Origin: Priapulus caudatus
Taxonomy: Eukaryota
Length of the DNA: 20,000 nucleotides
Direction: 5' to 3'
NCBI RefSeq assembly: GCF_000485595.1
Contig: NW_014577071.1
Coordinates: forward strand, 1,071,482-1,091,481
Both the position numbers and the translations under genes were made by a program. Each line of letters begins with the position of its first letter. The first letter of the stretch is position 1. A model generated the notes under the pieces. That model had not been told where the DNA came from. It was given only the letters and a program-made list of their open reading frames with translations, and made no database searches. Of the stretch, positions 1 to 18,374 are shown in pieces.

Positions 1-1665
1 ATCCGTTACAAGTCCTTGACTAAGCGATCGCTCAGCTATGTTCACCTGCTGCGTGCGGTCCTGCTGAGATAACGGAAGCTAACTAGTATCTTGATCATAT
101 TTGTGATTAATGCGCCCGTGATTAATAGGAAGGGGAAGCAGGCGGAAGCTCCATCTAGGACTGCATCGTGATATACGTCCTGCCTATACGTGCTGATAGT
201 TACGTTACTTTCAATTTATACTAACTTTCATCGTGATATAACTTTTTTGCGGTGTTGTAATCGCTTTGTAAGCTTACGTTGCTTCGAGGATTAATGAATC
301 CTCGTTTATGCGAGGATTAATGAAATCGCGTCAGATAACGCCTAGATAACCTTGAATAGCAAAAAACACCGAGTTTTGAGGGTGACTTGACGAAAAAAAA
401 GAAAACGAAAACCATAGTAATCCCGCATAGCAAAACTAACTAATCCAAATAGTCGTCTCTGATTGGCTGACGTTATGTGCAAAAAATGCTGAACACGTTT
501 TTATCGGTATAGCGAGACTTTAAGCAATATCAGTGTGCTTTAAAACCAGATAATTGCACAAAATTGCCATGGTCAGTGTAAATTTACCTGCTTATGAATG
601 CCAGCCGAGAAGGAACCGAGTACATCCCTCCTTATGTATGATGTATCTCCTCCTTATAGAATTTGCTTGTGGATTGTATGTGGACCGCTCTGGCACATGT
701 TGACATAATTATACCTATACGGCATCGTTCTACGCCTACTGCCAGAAGCCTGTATTAGCAAACCCGAGAACAGTACAATAAAGCTAGTTTACGCGTAAAA
801 TATCACGAAACGTGTCCACGATTGGAAAAAAAATGTAAACGAATGTTGTTTTCTGATCGGAATAGAACTATATCAGGCGTGTTAGTCGTGTTGTATATTA
901 GATCAAAATTGATGCTAACACATATCGAACGACGTTGACAACAAAGCATGAGGAGCGTACCGGTGGGGATTTACGCGCGAACGAGTACGTAATTGATGTA
1001 ACATCTTCATCGTGTGTTAGCGGAATGTTTGCTAGCTAGCAGACGAGACTTGTGTACTAAAGCTGCGAGACACGGCCACCTGAATGCCGTGACGGCCCTG
1101 ACACGAGTCGAGTTTGTACACGTTCCGGCAATCGGCTTCATTTCCGTCAGGTTCTAACAGGACGGCTGTCAGCATCGCCGGTTCAGAAAAAAAAGCGTTT
1201 TCGCGTTAAACAATTTCGCCGATTCACGATGGACTGGCAAGCTTTCGCCAATGATTTAGGGCGCAAGGGGTGATGTCAACTTCGCATGCCAATAACGCTC
1301 AATAAATCGTGTTGGGTTTGTATAATCCGGAGCAATGGCAATATTTAGAAAAGATGTCACTGGCGGTTTCAAAAAGCTATAGTAATCCTTGTAAGCGTGT
1401 GTTCGCATCTTCATCCACTCAATTTTGATGTGGTTATTTTTTTTAAATTGTCCGCTAATTATTGCCGTGATTAATTGCCTTAATGATATAAAAAAGTAAT
1501 TAACGTTGTCAATACTAGTGAAATATTTATGCAAAATTGTCAATTATTACTAGTGAAATATTTATCCAAAATTCGCATAATTAACAATACCAATATCGCA
1601 TAATTAAGACGATAATAATCATTGTAATGATATCATATGAAATCAAACCTCTTAAAAGAATAATC

Positions 1666-1667
<2 letters not shown>

Positions 1668-1736
<69 letters not shown>

Positions 1737-1741
1737 CTCTC
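1668..1741. repeat. (CT)n microsatellite, left of the gap
   Basis: Direct reading. Confidence 0.97.
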
Positions 1742-2112
1742 NNNNNNNNNNNNNNNNNNNNNNNNNNNNNNNNNNNNNNNNNNNNNNNNNNNNNNNNNNN
1801 NNNNNNNNNNNNNNNNNNNNNNNNNNNNNNNNNNNNNNNNNNNNNNNNNNNNNNNNNNNNNNNNNNNNNNNNNNNNNNNNNNNNNNNNNNNNNNNNNNNN
1901 NNNNNNNNNNNNNNNNNNNNNNNNNNNNNNNNNNNNNNNNNNNNNNNNNNNNNNNNNNNNNNNNNNNNNNNNNNNNNNNNNNNNNNNNNNNNNNNNNNNN
2001 NNNNNNNNNNNNNNNNNNNNNNNNNNNNNNNNNNNNNNNNNNNNNNNNNNNNNNNNNNNNNNNNNNNNNNNNNNNNNNNNNNNNNNNNNNNNNNNNNNNN
2101 NNNNNNNNNNNN
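1742..2112. other. Assembly gap (371 N) inside a (CT)n tract
   Basis: N run flanked by CT repeats on both sides. Confidence 0.99.
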
Positions 2113-2148
2113 CTCTCTCTCTCTCTCTCTCTCCCTCTCTCTCTCTCT
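2113..2148. repeat. (CT)n microsatellite, right of the gap
   Basis: Direct reading. Confidence 0.97.
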
Positions 2149-2252
2149 AGACAGCTTTTTCCCACTTCCGTCCATCTTGCCTTGCTCTATAATATGCTCT
2201 GCTCTCTCTAAATAGCTGTTCTTATGAGGGGCGTAATGCTACAGCCAGAGAA

Positions 2253-2612
2253 CACATGCAGGCACTTGGAACGTCTCAATAAAAATAAATAATGGTAAAT
2301 AAACACAAAATGTCTTTATTACGAGTCTCTCTTATTCATGTTGTTTGTGCACAGGGTGGGCGTGCGGTGTACTTGTGTGTTGCAGATGAGCATTTGACCG
2401 GCATTTACAGAGCTCTTATTCATGTTGCTTGTGCACAGGGCAGGCGTGCGGTGTACTTGTGTGTTGCAGATGAGCATTTGACCGGCATTTACAGGTGATT
2501 ATAGGCGAAATAGAGTAGAGAAACATGGTAGACATGGAGACTTTGGTAGTGAATACATTTCGTGTTTATTTACTTTCATTCTTTTTTTATTGAGACTTTC
2601 CAAGTGCCTGTG
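2253..2612. mobile_element. MITE of the CACAGGCACTTGG family with an internal 84-bp tandem duplication
   Basis: TIRs CAGGCACTTGGAACGTCTCAATAAAAA / TTTTTATTGAGACTTTCCAAGTGCCTGTG; AGCCAGAG repeated at 2243-2250 and 2613-2620; interior is the reverse complement of about 19370-19555. Confidence 0.85.
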
Positions 2613-3141
2613 AGCCAGAGACCCGCCTGACTACGTTAGCCATGTCTCCGCAGCGTCTGTGGCAACACATATACAGCTAGGCCGAGCTTTGCAAGCAGTC
2701 GCAAACGAACTCTAACGAAGTTGTAAATCTTCCGTGCCAACACGCTAATGAAATCAATGCGGCCATGTTTGCACGCGGGTCACGATCTTTAGACGCGAAT
2801 GCGCACGCGCAACCGTTTACAACCCGACCAGCAAAGCTTCAATGCATAATATGATTCCCCGGAAATGGCCAATGACGTTCGTTTACTTGGCACGTTCTTC
2901 TCGCGAGTTTATTATCATGTTCTGAAATTTAGTTGCTAGCTGCGCGTGAATCTAAGCCTGATTAGCCATGATCGATGGCTTGTCATCGCGACTGACACCT
3001 ACAAACTACCAATTATCCAGAGAGACATAATACAGGATTGCGTGGCACAGCTTTGCTGTTGATCCTGAGCGCTGCGCGCGGATGAGACGCGCAGTTCCGC
3101 GGGATATGCGCACGCGACCGCAGGGATGTTCAAGTATGAAG

Positions 3142-3210
3142 CGCTGTCCGCAGTGGAGACGTGCGCCAAATTCTACAAGATCTAGGCGCACGTCTCCACA
3201 GCGGTCAGCG
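3142..3210. repeat. 26-bp inverted repeat with 17-nt spacer, probably abutting MITE termini
   Basis: CGCTGTCCGCAGTGGAGACGTGCGCC vs GGCGCACGTCTCCACAGCGGTCAGCG (24/26 paired). Confidence 0.75.
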
Positions 3211-3553
3211 GATGGTCTGTAGTTTTAGAAGATAACAATGAAGACTTTGTTCTAAATATGAACTATCGGCGGCTAAATAAGAGCAATATACACACCTTTA
3301 AATTTCTTGACTAGTCAGTCAAAGGGCTTGTTGGGGGTCCATTATGCAGAGCTTCCAATTGAAATGGCCCATAAAATTGTTAAGTAGAATTGTGTTTTTC
3401 GGAACCCCAAAGAAAATCTCCCTCTTACAGGGGGAAATCACGCTAACCCTCCCTGATCAATCACGCATTCAGGCGTAAACAATAACAGAGATGAAATTGT
3501 GTTGAGTTTGTGGCTCTTGACGCACGTGCATTGACGTACAAGACTGTTGAAAG

Positions 3554-3587
3554 CACATGCACTTGGAACGTCTCAATAAAAATAAAT
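3554..3587 (+). mobile_element. Solo left TIR of the same CACAGGCACTTGG family
   Basis: CACATGCACTTGGAACGTCTCAATAAAAATAAATA; no partner TIR seen. Confidence 0.65.
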
Positions 3588-5120
3588 ATTCACACAAATT
3601 TTCACAATGATCGACCGCCTGTGTGCCAAATAGGTGAACGTATGTGAAACATAAACGGTTAGTACTTACTGTGACATATCCGTGACTAACTGACACCACT
3701 AAATTGGTAAAATGTTTCATGCACCTTAAAAAATGTGAGAAATTACGAGGTTATCATCGCAAAACTTCCGAACACCGTACGTCACAAAGCTATATGTAAA
3801 CAAACAGGCGTGTTGCGAGGTGCCTGCCTCCATTATCCATTTAGAGACCCGCTAAGCCAAGCATAAAGCGCGCGGGCAAGACGTCACACACACAGCTACG
3901 TTCACTGGCCAAAACAATCGAGTAGCGCGGTTAGGGATTTTCGGAATTATTTAATTTGAAGAAAAACTTAAATGTTCAATGAATGACGCACTCGTTCACT
4001 TCCGAAAGCGAATGAAAATGCCGAAAATGTTCCACTTCAATGCGAAATGCATCGGCCGGGCATTTCATTATTTAGAAAAAGTAAATAGGCTGGCGAAAAA
4101 CAGTAGGTTCAGTAACTGGTCACGTCGGTGACGCCCCCTTCATGTCCATCAACGAAGAAGGCGGGACTTATTCTGATTACGGAGATGCGAAAATGCAACA
4201 GAAGGACGTAGCGCAGTGAACTAAACAGCGTGTTATTTTCGTATTTGTGGCAAACTCTATCGTAGGAAACCGTTCTAACATAGCAGAATGCCCTAGTTCC
4301 TGAGATCGGTAATTAGGTGGTCAAATGGGTCCCCATCTTTAAAAATATCAGAGTCTGGTGCGGCGTAGGCTGTGATTGGAATACACAAAGTGTCATGATC
4401 CTCGACGCGCCTCGGCATCATGGCCGCATCACGTCCAGACACGCACCCCCGATCTCCCTCTCTCAGTATGTGAGGCGTATATATGGAGATGAAAATGTCG
4501 ACAGTATAGAGTTTTTCACCGTTTTTCATTCTTCAGACGCGAGAATTTAAGCCGCTTGGAAGAGATTTAGCTTCCTTTTTCCGCAACGCGGCATATATCA
4601 CAACGTAGATGGAAAAAAATAAAAAATATCCTATTTTCTGTACATTTATAACGGTACGAATATATCTACCAACAATACGTATATGACGAATTTCGTGTGA
4701 ATGAACATGTTCGTAATCCTGGCTCGCAGCTGCATGCGTTGCCTGCTTGAGTTTATTTAGAGATCAACTCCACCGCGCTATACTACGGTCATTAGGTAGG
4801 ATACTACACAGGTTCATTAACAGGTGCGCCAGGTCACGTCTTTCTCATGCTATGTGTGGTGCACATTCGTGGAAACGCCATATAGCTCACTCACCATACT
4901 GCGCCACAGCAGATTTCATATCCAGGAATCAGTTCAATCTATGCAATCATATAGCATGACCATATTATCTTGATCATATCACGTCAAGGTATGTGCGTTA
5001 CGAATTGAGGACCACGACGATGTGTGCCCGGCCGCGTATGTGCGCGTTGGATGAGTATTGCTATCATAGCCCTGTTGACCAAATCGGACCGGATTTTGGC
5101 CCAGCATATGTAAGTAGGTA

Positions 5121-5279
5121 AGTGAGTGGGTGAGTGAGTGAGTGAGAGAGAGTGAGTGAGTGAGTGAGTGAGTGAGTGAGTGAGTGAGTGAGTGAGTGAG
5201 TGAGTGAGTGAGTGAGTGAGAGTGAGTGAGTGAGTGAGTGAGAGTGAGTGAGAGTGAGTGAGTGAGTGAGTGAGTGAGT
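5121..5279. repeat. (GAGT)n tetranucleotide microsatellite
   Basis: Direct reading. Confidence 0.97.
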
Positions 5280-6255
5280 AAGCGTTATAGAGCTTGCATC
5301 GCCTTGCACGCGCACCGTACCGCCTGGCACTTTTTCGCGATGGCTAGCTCCACGAATGCACCGCGAGTATTTAGCAGTGATATATATCATCCCGCTCCGT
5401 CTGTGGAACACCTCTATAATTCCCACCGCCCACCGCCCGTTGATGTGCATATAAATCATCGATATCGGACGCAATGCATGTACGTATATTTCCTAAAGGT
5501 TGCGTTCTCTTGGCGGGAGAAAGAGTGCCGCACGTAGTCCCAGAGGCGAGTGGGTTGGGAATAATGGCAGTACGGTTGCTGGGCATTGACTACACCCACC
5601 GAGCGCTTGCATTTACAAATTAGTTTCCTCCCGATTGCGCGCATGCGCAGCAGCTGCTCTTCCTTCCAGCATCACAGAGTGTCGGCCTCGTGTTTCGGGC
5701 AGGCAGTGGCGGTTACATGCATAGATGAAGGTAATGACTTCGCACTTTCTGTTCACGGCGTAAGGGCTGCATCGCTAACGTCGTTCGGCTGAACAGAATT
5801 GTCTTCGTTGGATTCGCGCAGCTATCATTGGACACCGATTGCCAATATATTCTCGAAAAGAAGAAAATAATGCTAATCAAATGTACTTTCCCGCGATTCA
5901 GAATGCATAATGCAATTAGTTTTCAAATATTGTCTTATTTGTCGAGCGCTTGTCGTTGTCTAATCTTTTAACTAACTAACGTGTGCATTACATTGAGATG
6001 CATTCGTGAAATTAATTTCTCGCATGAATTATTAATTCTCGCAGCATGTAAGTTACCTGTCAGACTAGAAATTGCGCGACGTGTGTATATTGGTATGAAA
6101 TTGTAAATCTCATCAACATCATGCGAGAGACAGCGTCCTAGATTATTAGATTAGCCTACACACGACACGCCTATGATATATATAAGTCGTGAAATCCACA
6201 CGCGAGTGATATATGAACACAGGTGATAACCACACTGTTCACATACAACCACCTA

Positions 6256-6472
6256 TACACCCATCTACACCATACAACCTCGGAGGCTCTTTGGTAACCA
6301 GGTGAGATTCCTGTATTTTACATATTGAGACGAAATATATATATATTACATGATATTATATTTGCAGTTATTTACACCCATCTACACCATACAACCTCGG
6401 AGGCTCTTTGGTAACCAGGTGAGATTCCTGTATTTTACATATTGAGACGATATATATATATATTACATGATA
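6256..6472. repeat. Tandem duplication, about 100-bp unit at 117-bp period
   Basis: TACACCCATCTACACCATACAACCTCGGAGG…TTACATGATA at 6256 and 6373, near-identical. Confidence 0.92.
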
Positions 6473-6936
6473 AATCGATATAAATGTGTGGGTTCGCGTA
6501 CATGTGTGCGTGCATGCGTGCATGTGCGCATGTGTGTGAGCGCGTGCTTGTAGCGTGCTAGGTGTGACACGTTCGGTAGATACAACATTTAATCTATTTC
6601 CACTACCCTTGAAATTCATGCTCAACTCAAAGAAGAGAAATATGCACATGCGGATTCAGTGAGCCATCGTTCCATATATTAATTCCATCGAAAACTGATT
6701 ATCCGAGTCATTTTGAATTTATATTCGCAGCCAGACTATGAAATCCTTCCAGTTTTACAAGCGATCGACGTTTGGTTTCAAAACATAATTAACTTACTAT
6801 AATATTTTATTTTTGTGAAATTTTGCCGTGTTCGCGAAATGTAATCAACATTTCTGGTGCAGGCTGTTTGATTTGTGCCCGTAAATTTTCTACGCGTAAT
6901 CTAAATGGCTTTTCACGTGGAAATTAGCGGACACTA

Positions 6937-7288
6937 CTGGATGTATAACCATCGTTTAATACCCACAGTGCTGGCCGACGATTGAGTAACGGCATTGAAC
7001 GGCAGTCGAGGACATTGCAATTCCATGATAGTTCCGACGGCAGCGTAACTGCCACGACGCGTTGTCTTCAAATAAAGTAACGTAGACATGAAATCGATTA
7101 GCGTTTATTCGTGGATAAATGGATCATATCTACATTGTTTCACTCTTGGTTAGTTTAGCCGGACCCACGTGAAATGTGTCGAACGTGCATCAAGCATCTA
7201 GTCCAGCAGATAAAATGAATCTTTTAGGAGAATCTGTCAAATTGTGAGACAGGCACCAAATTGCTGGACTAATCACCCAGCGACGAGC
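6937..7288 (+). repeat. Dispersed repeat, copy 1 (contains a 73-bp insertion)
   Basis: Aligns in direct orientation with 9341-9632 (e.g. CAGTGCTGGCCGACGATTG, GATAGTTCCGACGGCAGCGTAACTGCCACG, TTTATTCGTGGATAAATGGATCATATCTACATTG). Confidence 0.9.
7199..7271. mobile_element. 73-bp Academ-like miniature element (TAG…CTA termini, 3-bp TSD)
   Basis: Perfect 10-bp TIR TAGTCCAGCA/TGCTGGACTA; TSD ATC at 7196-7198 and 7272-7274; empty site in the paralogous repeat at about 9615. Confidence 0.82.
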
Positions 7289-8187
7289 AACGATGTAATA
7301 AAGTCAGTACTGCATGTCACATTTTTGTCTCTCTGTAGACTGTACTCACAGAGCAATGTACCCCGCAATGAAAAATGATTAAACAGGAGATAAACGCGTT
7401 CCATCTACAATTAGTGTTAGCCGGTTGGTGTTGCGTCATGTCGAGTGGAACAATACGAAACAAATGAAATGGTATGAGTTTAATTATATGCTTTCCTCCA
7501 ATCTCGTATGCTTTATATTTATTGCATGCGCTTGGCAATAAACTGCTGCGTCTGGTAGCTAGGTTATGCTGATTTCTATTTATGCAATTTCACTGTCTTT
7601 GCGCTTATTTGATTAGCAACAAGGTAGTGTCATATGATAAAACAGATTATTAATACTAACTTTTTTCACGAAAACTTACGAAAGTATTATTGTGAGACTG
7701 CTTGCAGCGGGAGTATGTTACGGCTAAGAAAGCTTTTGTTACATCGTAATTTAAACTCTAACATATGGCAGATTAGCTATAAATGGCGAATGTTTATAAA
7801 AGTAAACGCGTTAGAAATATTTCCCAATAGACCTGCTATAAATCTAAAGCCTGACATGTCGATTTCTAGCAAAATATATACCATTAGCGTAAAAAGCCAT
7901 CAGACAATATGGGAGATTAAAAAAAACATCTTTGCTAAATTTGATCCTAAAAACGTGGTGCCAACCTGTTATTTCTAAAAACCTTAGAGATTTGAGAGAG
8001 ATTTTAGAAATTTGCGTGCATGCACGATTTCGTGCGCGGGTTATTGACGTTCCTGCCACCGAGCAAGCGTGCACAGCACAACTTAAATTTCAATCTACAC
8101 ATGCACTAGCTGGTGAGAAAATGCAATAGAATAATTTCGTCGGGCAGACAACGGACTTCTACCGCATCAAGGATGTGACACAATGAA

Positions 8188-8287
8188 TACACACGCACAC
8201 GCGCTCGCACACACACGCATGCACGCACACACGCTCGCACACACACACGCATACGCACACACGCACGCACGCACGCACGCACATGCG
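8188..8287. repeat. (CA/CG)n, (GCAC)n alternating purine-pyrimidine microsatellite
   Basis: Direct reading. Confidence 0.93.
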
Positions 8288-9340
8288 CTTGCTACGGGAG
8301 AATCAATGAAACACTAACAACATCGGCTCTGTATTCGCTGAATATGACCCCTGTCGGTCCTTGCTAAGTTTAAGCGATAGCGAAAACATCTCTCTATAAC
8401 CTGCTACAGTACGCAGCACGAGGTTTTACATATATATATATAATGTGTCTCTGTGCACAGCTCAATTGTGATACATGTAAGGATATATATATCTATTGTA
8501 ATTTTAATAACATACGGTATAATAATTAGGTAAAACGGCTTTCTATCGCTAATCTAATAATATAACCATTCATTACCAAAAAAATAATTAAAAGAAGCCA
8601 GTTGGCAAAAAGAGCGCGAAAACTTTTCGATAAATTTCAGAAGGCTGGGGCATCGTAAGATCACCGCTATCGGCGTTGCGTCGACTCAGCCTAGAATATT
8701 GTTGATCCATTGTTGTTGCTATGTTGATTGATGATGTCGTCTGCATAACAATCAGGCATCACGCGACGGGAAAGACGATCAGTTACATCGGCACAATATA
8801 AATACAGGTCTCAAGTGATAGCGGCTATAGACCTGTCGACGTACGCGAGCAGCTTTTAGCAAATGAGTTTACTGAATAGTGTCACCGGGGTAGGGGTGTT
8901 CATTCATTATTTTAATTAGTGTGCGCGTCGAAATTAGAATATTATATTGATAATTAGCAGGAAACAATGTAGACACTGAATTCCGGCAACTATTTTGCAT
9001 CCTATGCGAAAATATTTAATATGCATCAGCGGTTTCATGCCCGAATTAATTAGGCGGATAGCACCGCCTCCGAGCAAACATATGCAAATTAGTTCATACT
9101 ACCTCTTGTTTCAAATCCCCTGTAACCTTTCTGGATCGATATTAATTATTAATTAAAAGGAAAATCTATGCGAGAAAGGTTTTTCCAATATCGAGTAACA
9201 TCCGCTGTTTGATAGAGTTCCTGTGTTGAGTAAAATGGCTTCATCACTTTTTTCTCCGGCTGTGTTATTTTCCACCGGCTATACGCTTATAGAGTTATAG
9301 AGTATTGACGTTGCTGATGTGAAAGCCACGAGCGTTGCTT

Positions 9341-9632
9341 CTGGATGTATATCTATCGTTTAACACAGACAGTGCTGGCCGACGATTGGAGTAACGCTAT
9401 TAAACTTCAAGCCGGCATTGAACGGCAGTCGAGGTTACTGCAATTCTATGATAGTTCCGACGGCAGCGTAACTGCCACGGCGCGTTGTCGTCAACTAAAA
9501 TAACGTAGACATGAAATCGATTACCGTTTATTCGTGGATAAATGGATCATATCTACATTGTTTCACTCTTGGTTAGTCCAGGACCCACGTAAAATGTGGC
9601 AAACGCAGAACAAACATCACCCAGAGACGAGC
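9341..9632 (+). repeat. Dispersed repeat, copy 2 (empty site)
   Basis: Diverged direct copy of 6937-7288 lacking the 7199-7271 insertion. Confidence 0.9.
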
Positions 9633-9733
9633 TAATTATATGTAATTATTATTGGCTTATAGATTTGATCTCTCTTCTTCTTGGATATGCTATCTTATTC
9701 CTTCGTGTAAGAATTACCCATAGGGTCCTGCGA

Positions 9734-9990
9734 AATATTTTGGTGGCTATCAAGACGAACAGAATCATTAGATGGCTTGGGCACGTCTTTTGTGTCGATG
9801 TCTCAAAAAGTATAACAACGGTAACTATTGGCGTATTACCAACAGTAAAATGCAAACGCAGGTGAAAACAATCAGACCTTGGCCAGGGACAGTGGTCATG
9901 GGGCTAAAAGAGATTGGTTTTTTGATGGGGAAACAATGCAGGAATCTTTTTGTCTGACGGAGCTTTCCTGCCTTTCCATCGACCGGCAAC
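9734..9990 (+). mobile_element. Degraded 3' end of an RTE-type non-LTR retrotransposon
   Basis: Frameshifted translation IKTNRIIRWLGHVF…K.KR…(P)WPGTVVMGLKEIG resembles the RTE ORF C-terminal 'RWLGHV.R…GRPK.TW…V…LK..G..W' pattern. Confidence 0.7.
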
Positions 9991-11200
9991 CGTCATAACA
10001 CAAATGGAGTAATATATGCGAGCTGGTACAAAAATAGCATACAAAAATTCTCCCTGTCAGAAGCAGTAATCACTACATCAACAGCAGTCCGATGTTGTAA
10101 AGAGCTAATAATTTATTTTTATACCCAACGAGTACAGTCACGCGTTCACCAAATTTCTCGCCATCTTTACAATTCTTAATTACCCAGAGCAACAACGGAT
10201 TCCACCCGAAGTGCATGGCAGCAAAACCTCAGTCTGAATTGTGTAAACGAATTAGCACTAGCATCGCAACAATCCTAGATTTTGCGGCGGGCAATTACGA
10301 TAAACGTTTGATAACGTTGCAATTAAATTAAAGCTGCCTCGAGCACGTTTAAATTAGAACATTTAAACTAAATCTGTTATTTTTTATATAAAATAAACTC
10401 TTTCAACAGATCGACACGTCCAGCTGTTGCTGAGAGAGGCAAACTTCACCGCCGGTAGATTGTTTAATTAATTGCATTATCGTACATAAACTATATACAT
10501 CAAAGCACACATTTCGATTAAACATTGTAAAACCGGCAAAGTAAATGCCAATGTTCTCAATTTCCGTGTGTACTCTGCTAGCTCTTGGTTGTTTGTTCGC
10601 TTAGTTGGTTCGTTGTTTTATAGCCCTACTTGGTAGCAAGCCACTACCTTGCCCGCCCCCATCCCCATATGACATTTTCAGCTATTCCTGTGTCTTTTCC
10701 CTAGTCCGTCGCAAGATTTGCCCAACTAAACACCTCGAAAACAAGACAAAATAAAAACGAAAACCATGAAACCAAAATTACAAAATCGCGTTAGACAATT
10801 TCTGTGCGATAAATGAAATAAGCAATTTTTCCCTACAGATAAATGTCGCTACGACACACGCGCAGCAAAGTTGCCGACGTGCGTAACTGCTAGCCAGCGA
10901 GTCACACCGACCGCCCCTCGATTTCACTAACCCATCATGATCAATTCGGCCTAGAGATGACCCCCGATTCCCCCTAGCCATTTGCGCTGTTTTAAAAACC
11001 TGCCAAAACAATATCCGCTGCTCGTACAGGCCTTATTAGCCCAGCGGTCTCCACGCAATCGCTCATTAGGAGGCTAGAAATTGCATGCACCACGCTGTCT
11101 CGCAACAACGTCATGAAAGCTAAAGAAAACCCTTGTTGAAGCTTTTTATACGTGGAAACAGATGAACAAGAAAGAGCATGTGTGGCTATCTCCTTGGCCC

Positions 11201-11254
11201 TATATATAGTATATATATATATATATATATATCTATATATATATATATATATTC

Positions 11255-11300
<46 letters not shown>

Positions 11301-11335
11301 TATTCACATATACATATATATTTATATATGTATAT
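11201..11335. repeat. (TA)n microsatellite just 3' of the GPR180 stop codon
   Basis: Direct reading. Confidence 0.95.
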
Positions 11336-11520
11336 TTAATATATTCGTTAAATGCAATACTGTAAATTAAAACTATGCATATAAATAAACGAATGATAAC
11401 CAATGCCCAAGGTTAAGATTATAGTACGAAATATATAAACGTTGATAACGTTTAACAGCTAGGTACGTCATACTACAAATTAACACAAATTAACATCAAC
11501 AAATTAACACACCGTAAATA

Positions 11521-17945
<6,425 letters not shown>

Positions 17946-18229
17946 GTTCCCGCTTCATATCTTAAAACATAACATGTAAGAACTGGAATCCAGTCATTGC
18001 TGTCTAACTTTAACAGTTTTATCAAGAGACAAGAACGATTATCAAGATTTGCACACAAAAATATAAACTTGTGCGGGCGCAGACATGTTGAAGTTTCCAG
18101 GCCAGACATAAATCATCGATAAATAATGCTAAAAGTATCCGCAAGATGGGGTGTGAGGCATTGTTGTGCGTGCAGCTGTATTTCCTCAACAGTCAAGTTG
18201 TCACTTCGCCGATTGTGAACTTTAAAACG
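17946..18229. promoter_or_regulatory. Putative bidirectional promoter and 5'UTRs shared by GPR180 and MPI
   Basis: Only 284 bp between divergent ATGs. Weak DRE-like CATCGATA (18114-18121) and YY1-like AAGATGG (18143-18149). Confidence 0.6.
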
Positions 18230-18251
18230 ATGGCTGGGACTGTTAAAAAAG
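18230..18251 (+). CDS. MPI: Mannose-6-phosphate isomerase, probable short first coding exon (MAGTVKK+G)
   Basis: ATG GCT GGG ACT GTT AAA AAA G|GTATAA. The phase-1 donor fits exon 2 and gives MAGTVKKVFKLDCQVQNYAWG. As recalled, human MPI also has a tiny phase-1 first exon. Confidence 0.72.
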
Positions 18252-18374
18252 GTATAAACAAAGCCACAAATAGATAAGTTAGATTATATATGTTAAACTA
18301 ACTGAATAGAATAACGATAACGATTAACGTATACTGCCGAACTTAGAGTACAAGTAGGCTGCATCACTCTCTAA

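Noticed and set aside
230..545. Possible TTAA-type (Kolobok/piggyBac) MITE end with CGAGGATTAATGAA repeats
   Set aside because: No matching second terminus in the window.
1513..1573. Short tandem duplication TACTAGTGAAATATTTAT
   Set aside because: Ordinary slippage duplication with no further structure.
1581..2211. Long ORFs (147-194 aa)
   Set aside because: Artefacts of the N gap and the (CT)n tract.
2329..2494. CRISPR-like or regular repeat array
   Set aside because: Two-unit tandem duplication without spacers, in eukaryotic DNA.
4293..4550. Overlapping GC-rich ORFs on both strands
   Set aside because: No recognisable protein similarity; cannot be linked to other exons.
5064..5474. 136-aa ORF with LTHS repeats
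   Set aside because: Translation of the (GAGT)n microsatellite.
7634..7978. 114-aa AT-rich ORF
   Set aside because: No recognisable domain or convincing splice context.
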